Notes: a model not told the origin generated them from the letters alone. Shown: positions 41,419 through 55,048, counted from the first letter of the stretch. The stretch is 64,000 bases of DNA from Antedon mediterranea (GCF_964355755.1 NC_092674.1:14322001-14386000), one strand, 5' to 3'. A program made the numbers and translations.

Positions 41419-41995
41419 TTGACAATAGTGTATGTAGGTGCGGTACGACCAGTTTTAGAATATGCGGTACCCATTTGGAATGGTGGTCTTACAATTGATC
41501 ACATTAATGCAATCGAACGGGTCCAGAAACGTGCCTGTAGAATTGTTTTGGGTAGGAATTATACTGGTTATGACGATGCTTTGGTCACGTTGCGCCTGGA
41601 TGGTCTGAGTCACAGGCGTCGGGACCAATGTATTGCCTTTGCTAAATCCATCTTGAATCCTCAGTCTAAATTGTTCTCACTTCTTCCTTCCAGGGGTAAT
41701 GTTGTGCACAAATACAACACCCGCAATGCCGACAGGATTCGCAATGTCAATTGTAATACAGTGCGTCATAGTAACAGTCCTCTACCTTATTTGATTAACT
41801 TAATCAACGAATTTAATTTGTGAGTTGCGCCCTTCGATCCTTTTTTTTCTCTTTTTTTAAATTGTAATCACTTATTTTAATGTTATCATGAAATGCAATT
41901 CAGCTTGGGACGCATGCGTCCCTATATACTGCTATATTTTATGAATTTCTTTTTTTGTAAATTTGTTGTTTTCATTTTTGAATAAAGATATACCA
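41419..41995 (+). mobile_element. CR1/L2-group LINE 3' fragment
   Basis: ORF with VRPVLEYAVPIW, IERVQKRACRI and LSHRR; AATAAA end; absent from the inverted paralog (24130-24390). Confidence 0.8.
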
Positions 41996-42892
41996 GTCAA
42001 TAAATAATACTGTAAATACCTATTAACTATTTTTGGTCCTCATTTGAATCAAACATTTCTTACTGTGAATGTTCGTACTGTTAGATGTAATATAAAAATA
42101 TATACAAATAAACTTTATTACTGAGATTTTGGTTAGGCTCTATTGTTAGATATATAAACACATTATTATATACAAATAAACTTTATACTGGCAGTTCCTT
42201 CTCAACGTTTGTATTAATTAATAATTACCAATAATATAAACGTCGTAGTGGTGTATCGTGACATTTAACAAAGTATTAAATCGCAAATGTTTTACTGTAT
42301 TTAGAGGTATATTATTTATAGGCCTATAAAACATGAACAAAATATTTCGTTACTGAGTGGATAAAGAATATATTTAAAAAATTGTTCCTCTTTGTACCTA
42401 TCCGCTTTCCCATCCCTCAACCCTAATGTTACATACAAAACACAAATTGGGTTTCTTTAAATGAGTCCAAATCAAAAATTTGGACTTATTTTGTGATAAG
42501 TTTCTCCTTCGAAAGTAATTCCCAGGGTGCTAATTTTAGTTGACTACATAAATCATCGTGTCTATTTATTCGTTTCTGTAAACGAAAATGTATTATATAA
42601 TAGTACATTTGAAATCGCCAGTTTTGTTACGCTGAAATTACTGTGTATTCGAGAACCATCTGTGGGCACGACCTAGATCTCTAGTTTAATTTAATTTAGC
42701 CTAACAGTTTGTGATTTTACGGATTTTAGCACCGTGACCTCTGACTGCAGTTGATACAAATTGTTGCTCATTGTTTTATTTAGCTTAGATATTATCCTAT
42801 TATATGCCTAGAAGAATAGGAGTTAGGCCATGTTATATTATATAGGCCAGGAACTTTGTTAACGTCTGTGTTTTGTATGGTAAATACACATA

Positions 42893-43957
42893 CGCCCGTA
42901 TTCTTAAACCGGACTTTAGTCGTAGTTCGAGCTAAAACTTGATGAATGACATCATTTTAATTCATAAACAAAACTTCAACCAAATCGGCGACAAAATCAG
43001 ACCAACCTTCACTAAATCGAGACGGATTTTGATCGATGGGGCAGGCTAAATCGCCGACTAAATGGTATTTAATCGAGGTTTATAAAAAATATAACAGTCC
43101 TTGAGTTGTTATATTGGCCAGATATTGAAGAATGAAATATCTATTTTTATATTAGTTGAATTAAATATGCATTGGTATAATGTTGATGCAAATCATGTTT
43201 ATTTACAACCGTATACAAATTACATAATTTTCTTCGCGCAAGTCCGCGATGGAACATTTATAGCGTTTTCTTGTCACGCTATGAAGTACGTGATTCGTCG
43301 CGATCTTACTTTGTTGGAGGCCTATAAAATATGGAAGTTTTTGTTTGTTGTTAATGAAAAGTACTTTAATTTTAAATTAATACTGATCTTCTTTCTATAA
43401 TAAACGATTAAGATTATTTTTCATGTATAGTCCTGATGCGTAAAAAGTTTTGTTATAACAAAATGGAAAGTGATATTAATTCGCAAAATGTCGTCTTTTA
43501 TCATTGGCCAATTTTAATTTATAATATTTATTAAAATAGCCTTTCTTACCCAGACGTGTGAAACTCGACTAAAGCTCGACTTCATTAAGTCAAACTGCAA
43601 ACTTGGACTACTTCGTTTATGAATCGAATTTTTTTATTTTTTTTTATTTTATTTATTTTGTTTAACCATATTTAATGAGGGTGATCCATCCAGCTATTGC
43701 TGATCATTAGGGACCCTCAGAGGTTCACAAGACAAACATATACACAAGATGCTCTACATAAACAAAGTCTTATTACAAGTCTTTGGGAGTGGAGTAATTT
43801 GGTCCTTAGAAAAAATCCTGACATGTGACGGGACTTGAACCCAGGACCTTTAGAGTGGTAGCCAAGCATCATAACCACCAAGCCACAACTCCACTCCAAG
43901 TACTTTTGAAGTCGAAGTTCGAACTACGACAAAATTTCGGTTTAAGAATAACGGTCG
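42893..43957. mobile_element. PIF/Harbinger-like non-autonomous element (copy at 57920-58983)
   Basis: About 40-bp imperfect TIR CG(C/A)CCGT(T)ATTCTTAAACCG....GTCGTAGTTCGA; ATA/TAA flanks. Confidence 0.55.
43629..43897 (-). mobile_element. tRNA-derived SINE (copy at about 58655-58923)
   Basis: A box TGGCTTGGTGG and B box GGTTCAAGTCC on the minus strand; A-rich tail. Confidence 0.75.
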
Positions 43958-45539
43958 TAAATGGCTATTTAAATTATATAGAGTAGGGAAATATATTATA
44001 AAGAGCGTTTACCTTGGCAATAAGCAATTCAAAGTTGAATATTTTAAATGTGAACGTACCCCCCCCCCCCCTCCCAACTTCATCAAATGTGCCATGACAA
44101 GGACAGTAATCGGTGATACCATACAAAACACACATTTGACATTGATTAAATTTAATTCAATAGTTTGGAGTCATTTTATAACAAGTAATTTCCAGGGTTC
44201 GAATTGTATTCGATTAATAATTCAACGTGTCTGTATTATTTGTTCATGTCGATATGTATACTGCTGTACACACAGCCTTCCCTACACTTATTTATTTACG
44301 CCGAAACTGCACAACAGTTCAGTAGAACCTCTCCTTTAGAACACTCTATTCAGGGAACGAGAACTCCGAATGCCAAAAGAAACAACACTACAAAAGCAAA
44401 CAGAAAAATGACTAAATAATTATATTCATCATTATTCGAACCCTTGCCGATGTTGTTGGCTCTTTACCATCAGACACGTGAATGAACCTGTCATTTCTTC
44501 TGAAGGATCTGTCTGAGCAGGACAGCGAAACTCCCAAGCAGGTTAGTTTCACTAATTTTTTTTTTTCGAAAATAATTAATAAATTTCACATGCCTTACCG
44601 TTACATAAAATGCAGAGTGTAAATAATCTCCGCGAAGCAATAGAAATTATGTCATTAACATGCATACTAGTCTGGAACAAAAATCTGAAAAGAGGCCTAG
44701 AAATCAAGATAGGGGAAGTGGAATGCTACAGGCAGTAAACATAGCCAGATATCAATCCCTTCTGATCACTCTAAGCTTTGTTGACACAATGTTTTGCCTA
44801 GTCTATACATCACTTCAAGTAGTCTTCTAATACTAATATCGGTATGTGTAATTTTCAAATGATATCACGATTTTCAGCTAGACAACATCGACCAAATTTG
44901 CTTCACTCGTAACATCTCATCCCCTCCCCTTAAAACTCATGTCTACTATTCTGTTGTACCATATCATGATACATTTCAAACATTTTTGTTTTGAAGATGT
45001 CGATATCTTGTCGTCTCTGCTTATCATTACTGTCTCAAAATCCACGTCAACATTGGCGAATGGTGGGGTACCGCAGGTTTTGACTTATTTTTCTCTTTTC
45101 CATTTATATTTAATAAGAGTTTGCTCCGTTTATCCAGTAGGATCACTCAGCTTTGTTGGCATGATACTTCTATCACTGTGACCATACTTGAAATGAGTAT
45201 CTTGAATAACAAAATCAGCAATAGTTGGTTCCATAGAAATGAAAATTGGTTGCTTTTTGTCGGCTGGAATTATATTGCTTTTATAGCCACAAAAATTGTC
45301 AGTACTCTGGTTTTCAGTGTCAACCACAAAAACATGTGAGAGGTACGACCGCCGTGCAGTTATCGACAGTACAGTCATCCTCGCTACAAATTACAGTATC
45401 TATAATATGACCCGCATTGTGGTTGGTTCATTTACCTATATTATTACCGGCACGCCCATTAAATTGTACAATTATTATTATTTTTTTAATCACACTGAAT
45501 TGTATAGCACCTGTTATTAATACCATTTGTAACACTTAC

Positions 45540-45638
45540 ACTGTTTGGAAGATCCACTTTAGCACCTGCCTTGAGCAAAATAGTGCAAACGTCTTTGTGG
45601 CCCTTTTCTGCAGCCCTATTTAAAGGTGACCATCCCTT
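45540..45638 (-). CDS. Single-ankyrin-repeat exon E5 (KGWSPLNRAAEKGHKDVCTILLKAGAKVDLPNS)
   Basis: 99 bp, TTTCAG acceptor and GTAAGT donor, phase 0-0; 3 nt differences from E6. Confidence 0.9.
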
Positions 45639-46016
45639 CTGAAATAATTACAAACATCATGTTATTGTAGTCTTCTACAAAAAGCTAATTAATATTGTAT
45701 TGAAATCAATTCTATGTGATCAAGAAAGATTATCTTAAAGGCCAGATGAGGGGAAAGAATTCCTATTAATCTTACATTCCAATATCTATATTTTCCCCTA
45801 AGTTTCATAGTTTATGGAATTCTATTTGTAATTTGTCAGATGTTTTGCTCTACTCTGACGTAATTTGTTCTTCATATTAACATTATTGAGAACACTTTCG
45901 CATTCCAAGTAGTTCTCGGGTGGGGCTTGAACCCACGACCTCCAGATCGCAGATCTTTCGCTGATGGCTAGTGGTTAGATTCGAGCCCAAAGTAAGCAGC
46001 GGGTACTGTACCAACA

Positions 46017-46108
46017 GGGTTGTAATTGTATTAATCTACTGTGGAGAGTAGGGCAAAACTCCATGACGCAAAGCTACTCCACAGTAGTTTAATACAATTA
46101 CAACCCCC
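46017..46108. repeat. 30-bp-arm hairpin next to an antisense tRNA-like fragment (copy at about 61048-61139)
   Basis: GGGTTGTAATTGTATTAA.CTACTGTGGAG / CTCCACAGTAG.TTAATACAATTACAACCC; B-box-like GGGTTCAAGCCC on the minus strand at about 45923-45934. Confidence 0.6.
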
Positions 46109-46943
46109 GATTTAATTTGTGTTACACAAGATTGTTGAAAATAAGCACTTTATTATCAGTCAAATTACACAATAAAATATCTATTCTTTTGTACACAAAT
46201 GTTGTAAATAGAGAGGCATTTTAATTTATTGATGATAACAAGTTTATTATTACTGTAACCGAATTAGTCATGATATACGATGAATTTAAATCAGTTTTTG
46301 CATCATGAGGTAAATATAAATACTGGTTCGTAATGTCCAACACTCCACACTAAACATGGCCATGCATTTAATACTAAACATTGTATTACAATGAAATGTC
46401 AAAATGTTATAATGTACTTGGTATCAAAACTATACTAAATGACCAAAAGGTGACATACACTTTTGTCAAATCATCTCCTGTTTTGTATCGTTGGATAGAT
46501 TTTAACTATGAAACTATTTTAACAATAATATTGTTTGTACACTATACGTATGATGTAGTAATTGTTTGTTTGTCATTGAAAGTAATGGTAAATGTATAAT
46601 TTGTTTAGTGTCCCATATCGTTTATGAACGCGTTATAATTTTGATTCTGTTCTGGTTTTATGTGTAAAAGTGAAGATCAAAATAATTAAAATATTAGAAG
46701 TAATCGTGATCTTTGAAATTATAATCATGAATATTGTCTCCATGTTAATAATTTAAAGTAATATTTTTTTAAATTTTATATGTCATTTGACCCAGGCCTA
46801 AATAATATGAAAAAAAAAATCTTTTAAAAAACAATAGTACATATATATAATCCGAATGTGCATGTATATTGCTATGATATACATATTTAAATAACTTTCT
46901 CTCTGGCCTTCCGATTTAGGTGAAGTAGACATTATTTTATTAT

Positions 46944-49900
46944 TCGTTTCGTTTCGTTTATTTATTTTTTCCACTCACTTATATATATATATATATATAT
47001 CATTTACATTTACATAACATAACATATATTAAATGTGGGTGGATGGAAGTCACAGTAAGTTCACTGAACTTTAAGTCGTGACTCCCGTATGCCTAAGTAT
47101 ACTAACATTGCTACAGAGTAGACTAAAATATAAATATATAATAGTGAAAGTACATAAAATAAAGAAATAAAAAAAAATTTAAATTATAGAAGTTAAGATA
47201 AACCAGGCAATTATATAATATATGATAAAAGGGATAATGATAACAATTAGAGTACAATATGAAATATAATTAAATATGGTATAATAACAAGTATAACGAT
47301 ACAATGTAGCGGAGATTATTGAATACCAGGGTGAAGGATTTAATGCCATGTATCACCACCAAATAAATAAGGATAAAAGATCGGCGAAAATTTATGTAGC
47401 ATATTCTGACACCATTTTGTGTTTGAAATTAGATTTAAAACTAGAAAAGGAAGATTTCTGTTTAAGTTCATTTGAGAGTGAAGTCCAAAGTTTGGGACCA
47501 AAATAATACATAGAAAATCGTCGAGCCTTAACATTTAAATTATCAAGGATATAATTGTTAACAGAGGATCGGGTTTTATAGGAATGGCGTTCGTCAATTC
47601 TTGTAAATAAAGCATTAAAATGTGAAGGCAGTAAATTGTTAGATAAACGGTACATAAATGAGGCAACTTGTAATTTATTTAAATCATAAATGTTTAAAAC
47701 GTTAAATCTTTTAAAAAGTAATTTTGTATGGGCTCTAAATGATTCTCCCGCGCAAATCCGAAGTGCACGTTTTTGTAGTTTAAAAAGGCGGTCAATTTGA
47801 GTTTTCTCTAGACTTGTCCAGGGGCATAACGTATTAAATTTATCTAGAGTAATTGCCCAACATATATTGGCATAAGAAAGGTAAGGCAAAACTAAAGTAT
47901 TATAAAGGGTTAATAAGGTTTTTTGAGGGAAGATATGTTTTAATTTGTTCAATATTCCAACATTTCTAGAAACTAGATTACTGATTTTATTTATATGTAG
48001 TTTCCAAGTCAGAGAGGCATCTATGGTTACTCCTAAAAATTGGGGTTCATTAACTCGTTTGATCATTTTATTATCAATGTATATTTGTTCATTTAAAGAA
48101 TTTGAAATTTTACATAGATGACAAATTTCGTTTTTGTAAAAGCACAAGTTAACGGAGTACTTACTCGAACGTTTCGATCTCTATCAGAGATCCTTCTCAA
48201 CTGACTGCGGAGTGTTAATGCAGCTTGGTCATTCTTGACGTCATCTGTTGATGACGTTGTACGCCTCCGGTTGTAGGTTGGAGGTTGTGCGGGGCTCGGC
48301 CAGGTGATGTGTCTATCAAATCATTGTACAAATGCGAGAGTTCGTGGGCTCCAGTGTCCCGGTTCATGGTCTTCTCTTTATTTCTCCTTATATGTAATGA
48401 TTCTCTAATCTGTCTGTCTTTGCGTTTAGGCTCTTTGGTTAAGATGGTAGCCTCCCAGTTCGGTACATGATTGTGTTTTATGACATGTTCTGTAATGGCA
48501 GATTTGTGTATGATCGAAGATGTGGATGTTCTGGAGGCCCTAGTCATTACTCCCCCCGTGTTTGTTGTAACATCTTTTTTGTGATCATTGATTCGTGTTT
48601 GTAATGCCCTCCCTGTTTCCCCAATGTAAACTTGTGGACAGTTGCGGCAGGTGACTTCGTAGATTACTCCACATGTATCCATCTTCTCGATTTTATCTTT
48701 TGGGTGGACGAGGCTATTCTTGATTTTATTTTGGGGTAGGAAATAGGTTCCGACATTGTGATAGGAGAGAGTGCGTCGTATTCTTTCTGCCATTCCTTTT
48801 ACATAGGGGATTCCTATGCTACCTCGCATCTTGATCTTTTCCTTCTGTGGTTCGTGTCCTTTGTTCTTTTTCCTTTTTCGGTTTTCCATAACTCTCTGGA
48901 AGGACCACTCTGGATACTGGCAGTTGTGTAACGCTTTCTTGATGTTATCCATCTCAACTTTCCTCAAATCCATATCTCCCACTACCTTCTCAGCTCTGTC
49001 CACAAGCGTGTTTATAAGCCAGTTTGTGTTCGAGTGGATGATGTGAGTTGAAATGTAAATATTGGTCTGTGTGAGTGGGCTTCCGATAGACTGAGGTGGT
49101 AACTGTTCCATTGTCATTGAGTGTGATGAGCATGTCCAGGAAAGGTATTGTGTTGTTTGTCATCGATTCTGTGGTGAACTTGATATTGTCAGTTATATCG
49201 ATGTTATTAAGATGTGTGTTAAATGTATGTACTGTACCTATGGGGATGATAGCTAATACATCATCAACGTATCGTTTCCAATACACAGGCTTGATGTTAG
49301 TGGGTGCCGTGTTTATGGCTTGATGTTCGAGCCACTCTAGATACAAGTTCGCCAATATAGGACTTATTGGGCTTCCCATAGCAATGCCTTGTATTTGCCT
49401 ATAAATGTTACCATTGAACGAGAAATAGGTTTTGTTCACAATTAAACCGAGGAGCTCCATTATGTCTGTCACATGTAGTTTAGTTCTATCCAGAAGTGTC
49501 GGATCTGTTGTTAGGCGATTTTCGACAACTTTGAGGGCCTCTTCTACTGGTGTTTTTGTAAACAGAGATACTACGTCAAACGAGACAAATGTTTCACTTG
49601 GTTTGACTATTATTTCTTTTAGTTCACTCGCCAACTCTCCTGAGTAAGTTACATGATGTTCTGTGTTTCCGACAAGCGGACCCAGGATTTTGGTGAGGAA
49701 TTGTGCAACGGTGTAAAAAACGGTGTTGATGTTATCTACTATAGGTCTTAATGGCCAATTTGGTTTATGTATCTTCGGAAGACAATACAACCTAGGTACA
49801 ATTTCAGCCGTGGGAAACAGCCATTCTTTCTCTCTGTAGTTGATTTTCTTTTCTTTGAACAACCTGCCTATGATGTTGACCACTTTTCGTTTATAGTTTT

Positions 49901-51083
49901 GTGTTGGATTACGTTTTAGCAGTTCGTAAACATTAGTGTCGCTCACCATGGTTCCCACTTTATCTTTGTAATCATTAGTATTTAGGATGACAGTAGATCT
50001 ACCTTTATCCGCTGGGAGAATAAGAATAGATTTATCTTTCTTCAAGTTGTTTATGGCCTTTCGTTCTTTGGGGGTTAAATTTGAAGGTGGTAGAGTGGTA
50101 GATTTTACAATAGCTACAATTTTACTGCGAACGAGAATGACCATCATCAAGAATGACCAAGATGCATTAACACTCCGCAGTCAGTTGAGAAGGATCTCTG
50201 ATAGAGATCGAAACGTTCGAGTAAGTACTCCGTTAACTTGTGCTTTTACAAAAACGAAATTTGTCATCTATACAAAATCGAAGCTAAATGAAATTCTTTC
50301 AAGATTGAAATTTTACGTTTAGAAAATATTATATAGTTCGTTTTGAATGTATTAAGAGTTAATTTATTGTGTTTGAGCCAATTTGAAACTTTAAGTAACT
50401 CATCATTGACAATTTTAAACAAGGTATTTAATTTAGGATGAGAGAAAAAAATATTTGTGTCGTCAGCAAATAAGATAAAATTTAGTAATTTAGAGCTGTT
50501 TGGTATATCGTTAACAAAAATCAGGAATAAGAGTGGTCCAAGAATCGATCCTTGGGGAACACCACAGGTTAAACGGGAATAGGAAGAGGTAAAACTATTT
50601 AAGGAAGTAAACTGAACACGATTGGAAAGGTAGCTTTTAATTAGTTTTAAAGGAAGGCCTCTGATACCGTAATTTGAAAGTTTATGAATTAAAATATCGT
50701 GGTTAATAGTATCGAAGGCCTTAGATAAATCAAGGAAAATGCCAACAGAAAACTCATTTTTACTCAGGGCATTTGTAATTTTGTCAAAAATATCTAATAA
50801 AGCAAGATCTGTTGAATACTTTTTCCTGAAACCATATTGGCCTTTAAATAAAATGTTATGTTTAGTTAAAAAGGAAGAAATTCGATTATGCATTATTTTT
50901 TCAATTAATTTTGAGAAACAAGGAAGTAGGGAGATTGGTCTGTAGTTATTGAAATGATGAGGATCTTCTTTCTTGTAGATAGGGATGACTTTAGCTATTT
51001 TAAAAGAATCAGGAAAAATACCGGTTTGAAAAGAAGTATTAAAAATGTGAGTTAAGGGTTTGCATATAAAATTAGAGAATAAC
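46944..51083 (-). mobile_element. L2/Crack-like LINE, 5'-truncated, split by a Penelope-like element
   Basis: ORFs 50264..51085 and 47392..48147 join in frame (FSKRKISNSLNEQ) once the PLE is removed; NYRPISLL, FLDLSKAFD, GVPQGSILGP, FADD; ATTAT TSD; empty site at about 61970. Confidence 0.92.
48114..50304 (-). mobile_element. Penelope/Poseidon-type PLE (RT + C-terminal GIY-YIG) with inverted pLTR
   Basis: PADKG, LYCLPKIHK, SFDVVSLFT, GIAMGSPISP, RYVDD, VYRKPTHTD; GVIYEVTC..C..VYIGETGR; one frameshift; about 125-bp inverted repeats (48114-48238 / 50147-50271); 12-bp TSD TTGAAATTTTAC (48102-48113, 50305-50316). Confidence 0.93.
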
Positions 51084-51550
51084 ATTATGACATACAGTAG
51101 TAACGTTCTACCGCTATTTTGTATTGAAGATAATCATGTTCCTTTGTATTCAGTGCTACTAATCACCAACATCATTGATAGAGAACCAGATGTAAACAAC
51201 AGACGCATCAGAGGTAATTTAAATCGGACGACGAGGAACCCAAATCATCAACAGAGACAAAGGCGTCCACCAACTCACATTGGCTCCCTAGAGGTATGTC
51301 AGTTTAAAAACATATTTTATTCTAAAGGAGCTGTCTAAGCAGGACTGCCAAGCAGGTTAGTTTCGCTAATTGTTTTTTTTTTCGAAAAGAATTAATAATT
51401 CACATGTCGTATCGTTACGTAAAATACAGAATGTACATAATCTCCGCGAAGCCATAACACTTATTTCATTACCATGTATATCTCACATCAAGTCGTCTTC
51501 AATACCGGTACGTGTCATTTTTAATTCAGCTTGACCACATTATTCGCTTT

Positions 51551-52869
51551 GAGACCCGTTGCACTCACGTCTGTCGCGATGAAAATATTGGAACGTATTA
51601 TTTTAAAAATTATGCAACCTTATGCTGAAAAGGTGTTAGACCCGTTGCAATTTGCTTACCGATCACTCCGTAGTACCAGTGATGCGATTTATTTTAAATT
51701 ACATAAATTGTATTCACATCTAGATAATGTAAAGAAAGGCCACTCGGCGGCACGTATTATGTATTTTGATTTTCAATCTGCGTTTAATACCATACAACCC
51801 CATATCTTAGCAGACAAAATGTTGAATATGGAGTTTCCCCGTCCGATTGTTCGTTTAGTTTTAAATTTCATTTGTGATAGAAAACAATTTGTTAATATTA
51901 ATGGTGTTAAGTCAGAAATCGTAACCTCTGACACCGGTGTTCCTCAGGGTACTGTCAACGCACCTAAATTATATTCCTTGTATACGCCGGATTACAGATC
52001 TTTAAATGATGAGCTTTGCCCCGTTGTTAAATTCGCTGATGACACTAGTACTATTGGTCTCATAGTTTCAAACAATGATGAAAATTATCGTAGCGAAATA
52101 CAAAGATTTGTTAAATTTTGTGACGATAATTATCTCCAAATAAATGCATCAAAAACAAAGGAGATGATCATTGATTTTAGGACTAAACATAAATTTAATT
52201 TTCAACCAATCACTATCAAAGGTAAAGAAATTGAAATTGTTGACCAGTACAAGTATCTAGGAATTGTTTTCAATGATAAACTGAGTTGGGGAGACCATAT
52301 AGACTTCATCAGCAAAAAATTAAGTCCCAGAATGTATTGTATGAGAACTTTATATAAATTTAACTCCTATGATTTGATGTTACTTTCGTTCTATAGATCC
52401 ATTATATGTAGTGTTTGGACGTATTGCCTCTCCTGTTGGGCTGGTAATGTTACCGGAGGGAATAAAGGACGCCTTGAAACTTTCATCCGTCGGGCTGGTA
52501 AAATGATTGGTCTGGAACTGCCTTCCTTTACCGATGTGCACCTAGAACACCTCCAGAAAGATTTCGAACGCATTGAGTCGGATGCCTCTCATCCTCTCCA
52601 CAAAGTGATCATAGACCAACTTAATCCAAGTGGTAGATTGAGGCTCCTCAGTGTGAAAACAAATCGATTTGCTAAATCCTTTATTCCCTCCGGTATCATC
52701 CAGTACGACAGGAAGTCAAGAAGATAATTTTATATTGTAATTTTTTAGATGTTTTTATATGAATGGTTTTATGCTATATTTGTTTTTATAGTGTTTTCTT
52801 TGTTATTATGACGAGCAATGAATTTCCTTTTTGAGGATCAATAAAAGTTATCTTATCTTATCTTATCTT
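51551..52869 (+). mobile_element. Rex1/Babar-like LINE, 5'-truncated, open RT ORF to 52727
   Basis: RPVALTS, DPLQFAY, YFDFQSAFNTIQP, GVPQG, KFADD, YKYLG, SHPLH; (TCTTA)n tail; empty site at about 62432. Confidence 0.92.
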
Positions 52870-54249
52870 ACACTCAACGTTTCATCCCCTCTTTTTAAAA
52901 ATCTACAATTCTGTTGTACAATTTCAAACATTCTTGTTTTGAAGATTTCGATATCTTGTCGCCCTTGCTTTAATCATTACTGCCTCGACTCTGTTATCTA
53001 AAACTTCAGTGTCATCCAAAAAACATGTACTTTTGCACGCTTACTTTACGCGGAAAATATTCGGACGGTTAGTTTAACACCTATTTCCCGTTTAAAAGTC
53101 GAAACTCATCTCATTGTAAGCTTTAATATCATGTACATAAACAACACTGAATGTGTTTCACACTTGCTATATCACTGCATCTCGAACATCTTGACCTGGA
53201 GAGGTTCGTCAGAATCCTGTTTGAGCAGAACGATTTATAACAATGACGTCACATATAATAGGACACCGGTTTTTGTAGAGAGTTCGAAATAGAAATGGTT
53301 AGGTTAGTCAGTGTGTGCTCTAAATTGAGCTGTTTTTACTTCACAATATCAAATACCTCAATTTGTTTGAAATCTATTAATTTTTTGCGATCATTGATTG
53401 TCTTCAATTTTTAATAGTGGTTCTGATTTTTAAACCATCTTGAGAACAATGTGAGCAGAGTTTGGATTTGATTTACGCATTATCTTTCTGAGCTTAATTG
53501 TTGAATCACGTACAGCTATTACTGCATCTGAAAATTTTGCATATTAAAGTTTAACTAAAATACACCATAGTACCCTGTGTTATCGGAGAAATATTCGAGA
53601 AAATATTACACACCTGTAAGTGTAAGTGCGCACTCATATTGCTTATAATAACTTTGAAAGCACGCTTCGGTATTGCCAATCGCAATGGTTTAGAGCAGGA
53701 CGCCAAACTGTAGGATATAGCTTTAGGATTGGGTGCAGGTAGTGGTGGTAACTGCTGTAACATCAACAGGGCTTAATTTTAACGAGAACACGGGGTAACG
53801 ACACATTTATCAAGAAAGATGCTCTTGATCATCATTTTTTAAATACGATGTATTTATAATTATATGGACCTCAACAAAATCCATCTAAAGTACCAGCAGC
53901 ATTGGTTGACAAACCCTTAATCTTCGATCACATACTGACCGTCATTAAGCTTTATAACCAGTCACATCAATGAGGAACTTAATTACACACTGCATTGTTT
54001 GCAAACTGGTAAGTAATACAACCCAACAACACTGTCATGATGTAATTAGGAAAAGAAGAAACAAAATGACTTCTTTCATTGAAACATCAATTTTAATTGA
54101 TGTTTCAATAAAAATACATACAGGAGCTATTTTGGCTTGGTATTATGTACAAAAGCCCTAGAAAACATCTTATTTTATTGTTTTAGTTTTCTTCAGAAAT
54201 ATAACTTTTGATTTCATTTTTTAAACACGATATTTGTATTCGAGTATTA

Positions 54250-54635
54250 TCTTACTTGAATCTTACTTGAATCTTCGGGCTCTTGATTAAGGCAAATGCC
54301 TTTTAAACGCCCTCCATTTCTTCTGTATTTATCTAGAATTGGTAGCAAAATTTATCTCCCATTGCTCTGTCTTTGTTTAGTTGATCCTTGAATGCATTTA
54401 TGTTTTCTGCTTGTACTGTAGTGTGGTATAGATTGTTCCATGTGTTGACGATTCTACATGAAAAGGAGTGGCTTCTGATTTTCAGTCGGGCTCTTGGCTT
54501 TCTTAATTTGAATTGATGGCCCCTTGTTCTACTGTCCTCTCTAAAGTCAAAAAAGGTTTCGGCTTCAATATCATCCAAGCCCTTGATAATTTTAAACACT
54601 TGTATAATGTCCGCTCTCCTTCTTCTGTAATTCAA
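54250..54635 (-). mobile_element. CR1-clade LINE 3' end
   Basis: LNYRRRRADIIQVFKI...RTRGHQFKL...FS.RIVNTWN.L; tandem AAGATTCAAGT tail. Confidence 0.82.
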
Positions 54636-54977
54636 ATTCCCCTTACAGCGAGAGGTTGCAGGTTCGAATCCAGCCAGAGACATTTTTTCATACAACTAAA
54701 AAATATGGAACTTTCGCCAATGAGCTATGCTCGACGCGATTATGAGATCATGTTCCGAATATGAGCACTGTTTCTATAATTTACAGTATGATTTATATAT
54801 AATTTACACAGTGCTACGCAACATCATTGATTTACATATACACAATATTATTTAAAAAACCGTTGCGAATTAAAGTTGGAATTTATTCTGACTTGTTAAG
54901 CCTCCACTGATTGTGAGGGCGTTTGTTGTATGAGAGAATGTATCTGGTGGGTGAAAATCTGTGATAATACCATACAT

Positions 54978-55048
54978 GGCTCTGTGGTCTAGTGGTATGA
55001 TACTCGCCCTGTAAGCGAGAGGTTGCAGGTTCGAATCCAGCCAGAGAC
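54978..55048 (+). pseudogene. tRNA-Pro-like head with altered anticodon loop inside a partial-tandem repeat element (54647-55168)
   Basis: GGCTCTGTGGTCTAGTGGTATGATACTCGC-CCTGTAA-GCGAGAGGTTGCAGGTTCGAATCC; lacks U33; imperfect T and acceptor stems; 3' part duplicated 367 bp upstream. Confidence 0.65.

Larger units (their letters stand above)
42697..54250 (+). repeat. Segmental duplication copy A (contains E5), paralogous to 57772-63820
   Basis: Near-identical by eye (about 98-99%); copy A carries two extra insertions (46944-51083 and 51551-52869). Confidence 0.95.

Noticed and set aside
43101-43400. Duplicated 99-aa ORF (also 58128..58427) as a conserved gene
   Set aside because: It lies inside a MITE within a recent duplication; identity reflects recency and no domain is recognisable.
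53340-53960. Possible decayed viral or Polinton coding fragment (related sequence at about 26780-26990 and 62910-63530)
   Set aside because: It looks coding-like, but I could not recognise any motif; a tBLASTx or HMM search would be needed.
54978-55048. Functional tRNA-Thr(UGU)
   Set aside because: The body is tRNA-Pro-like, position 33 is C, the stems are mismatched, and it is embedded in a repeat unit.
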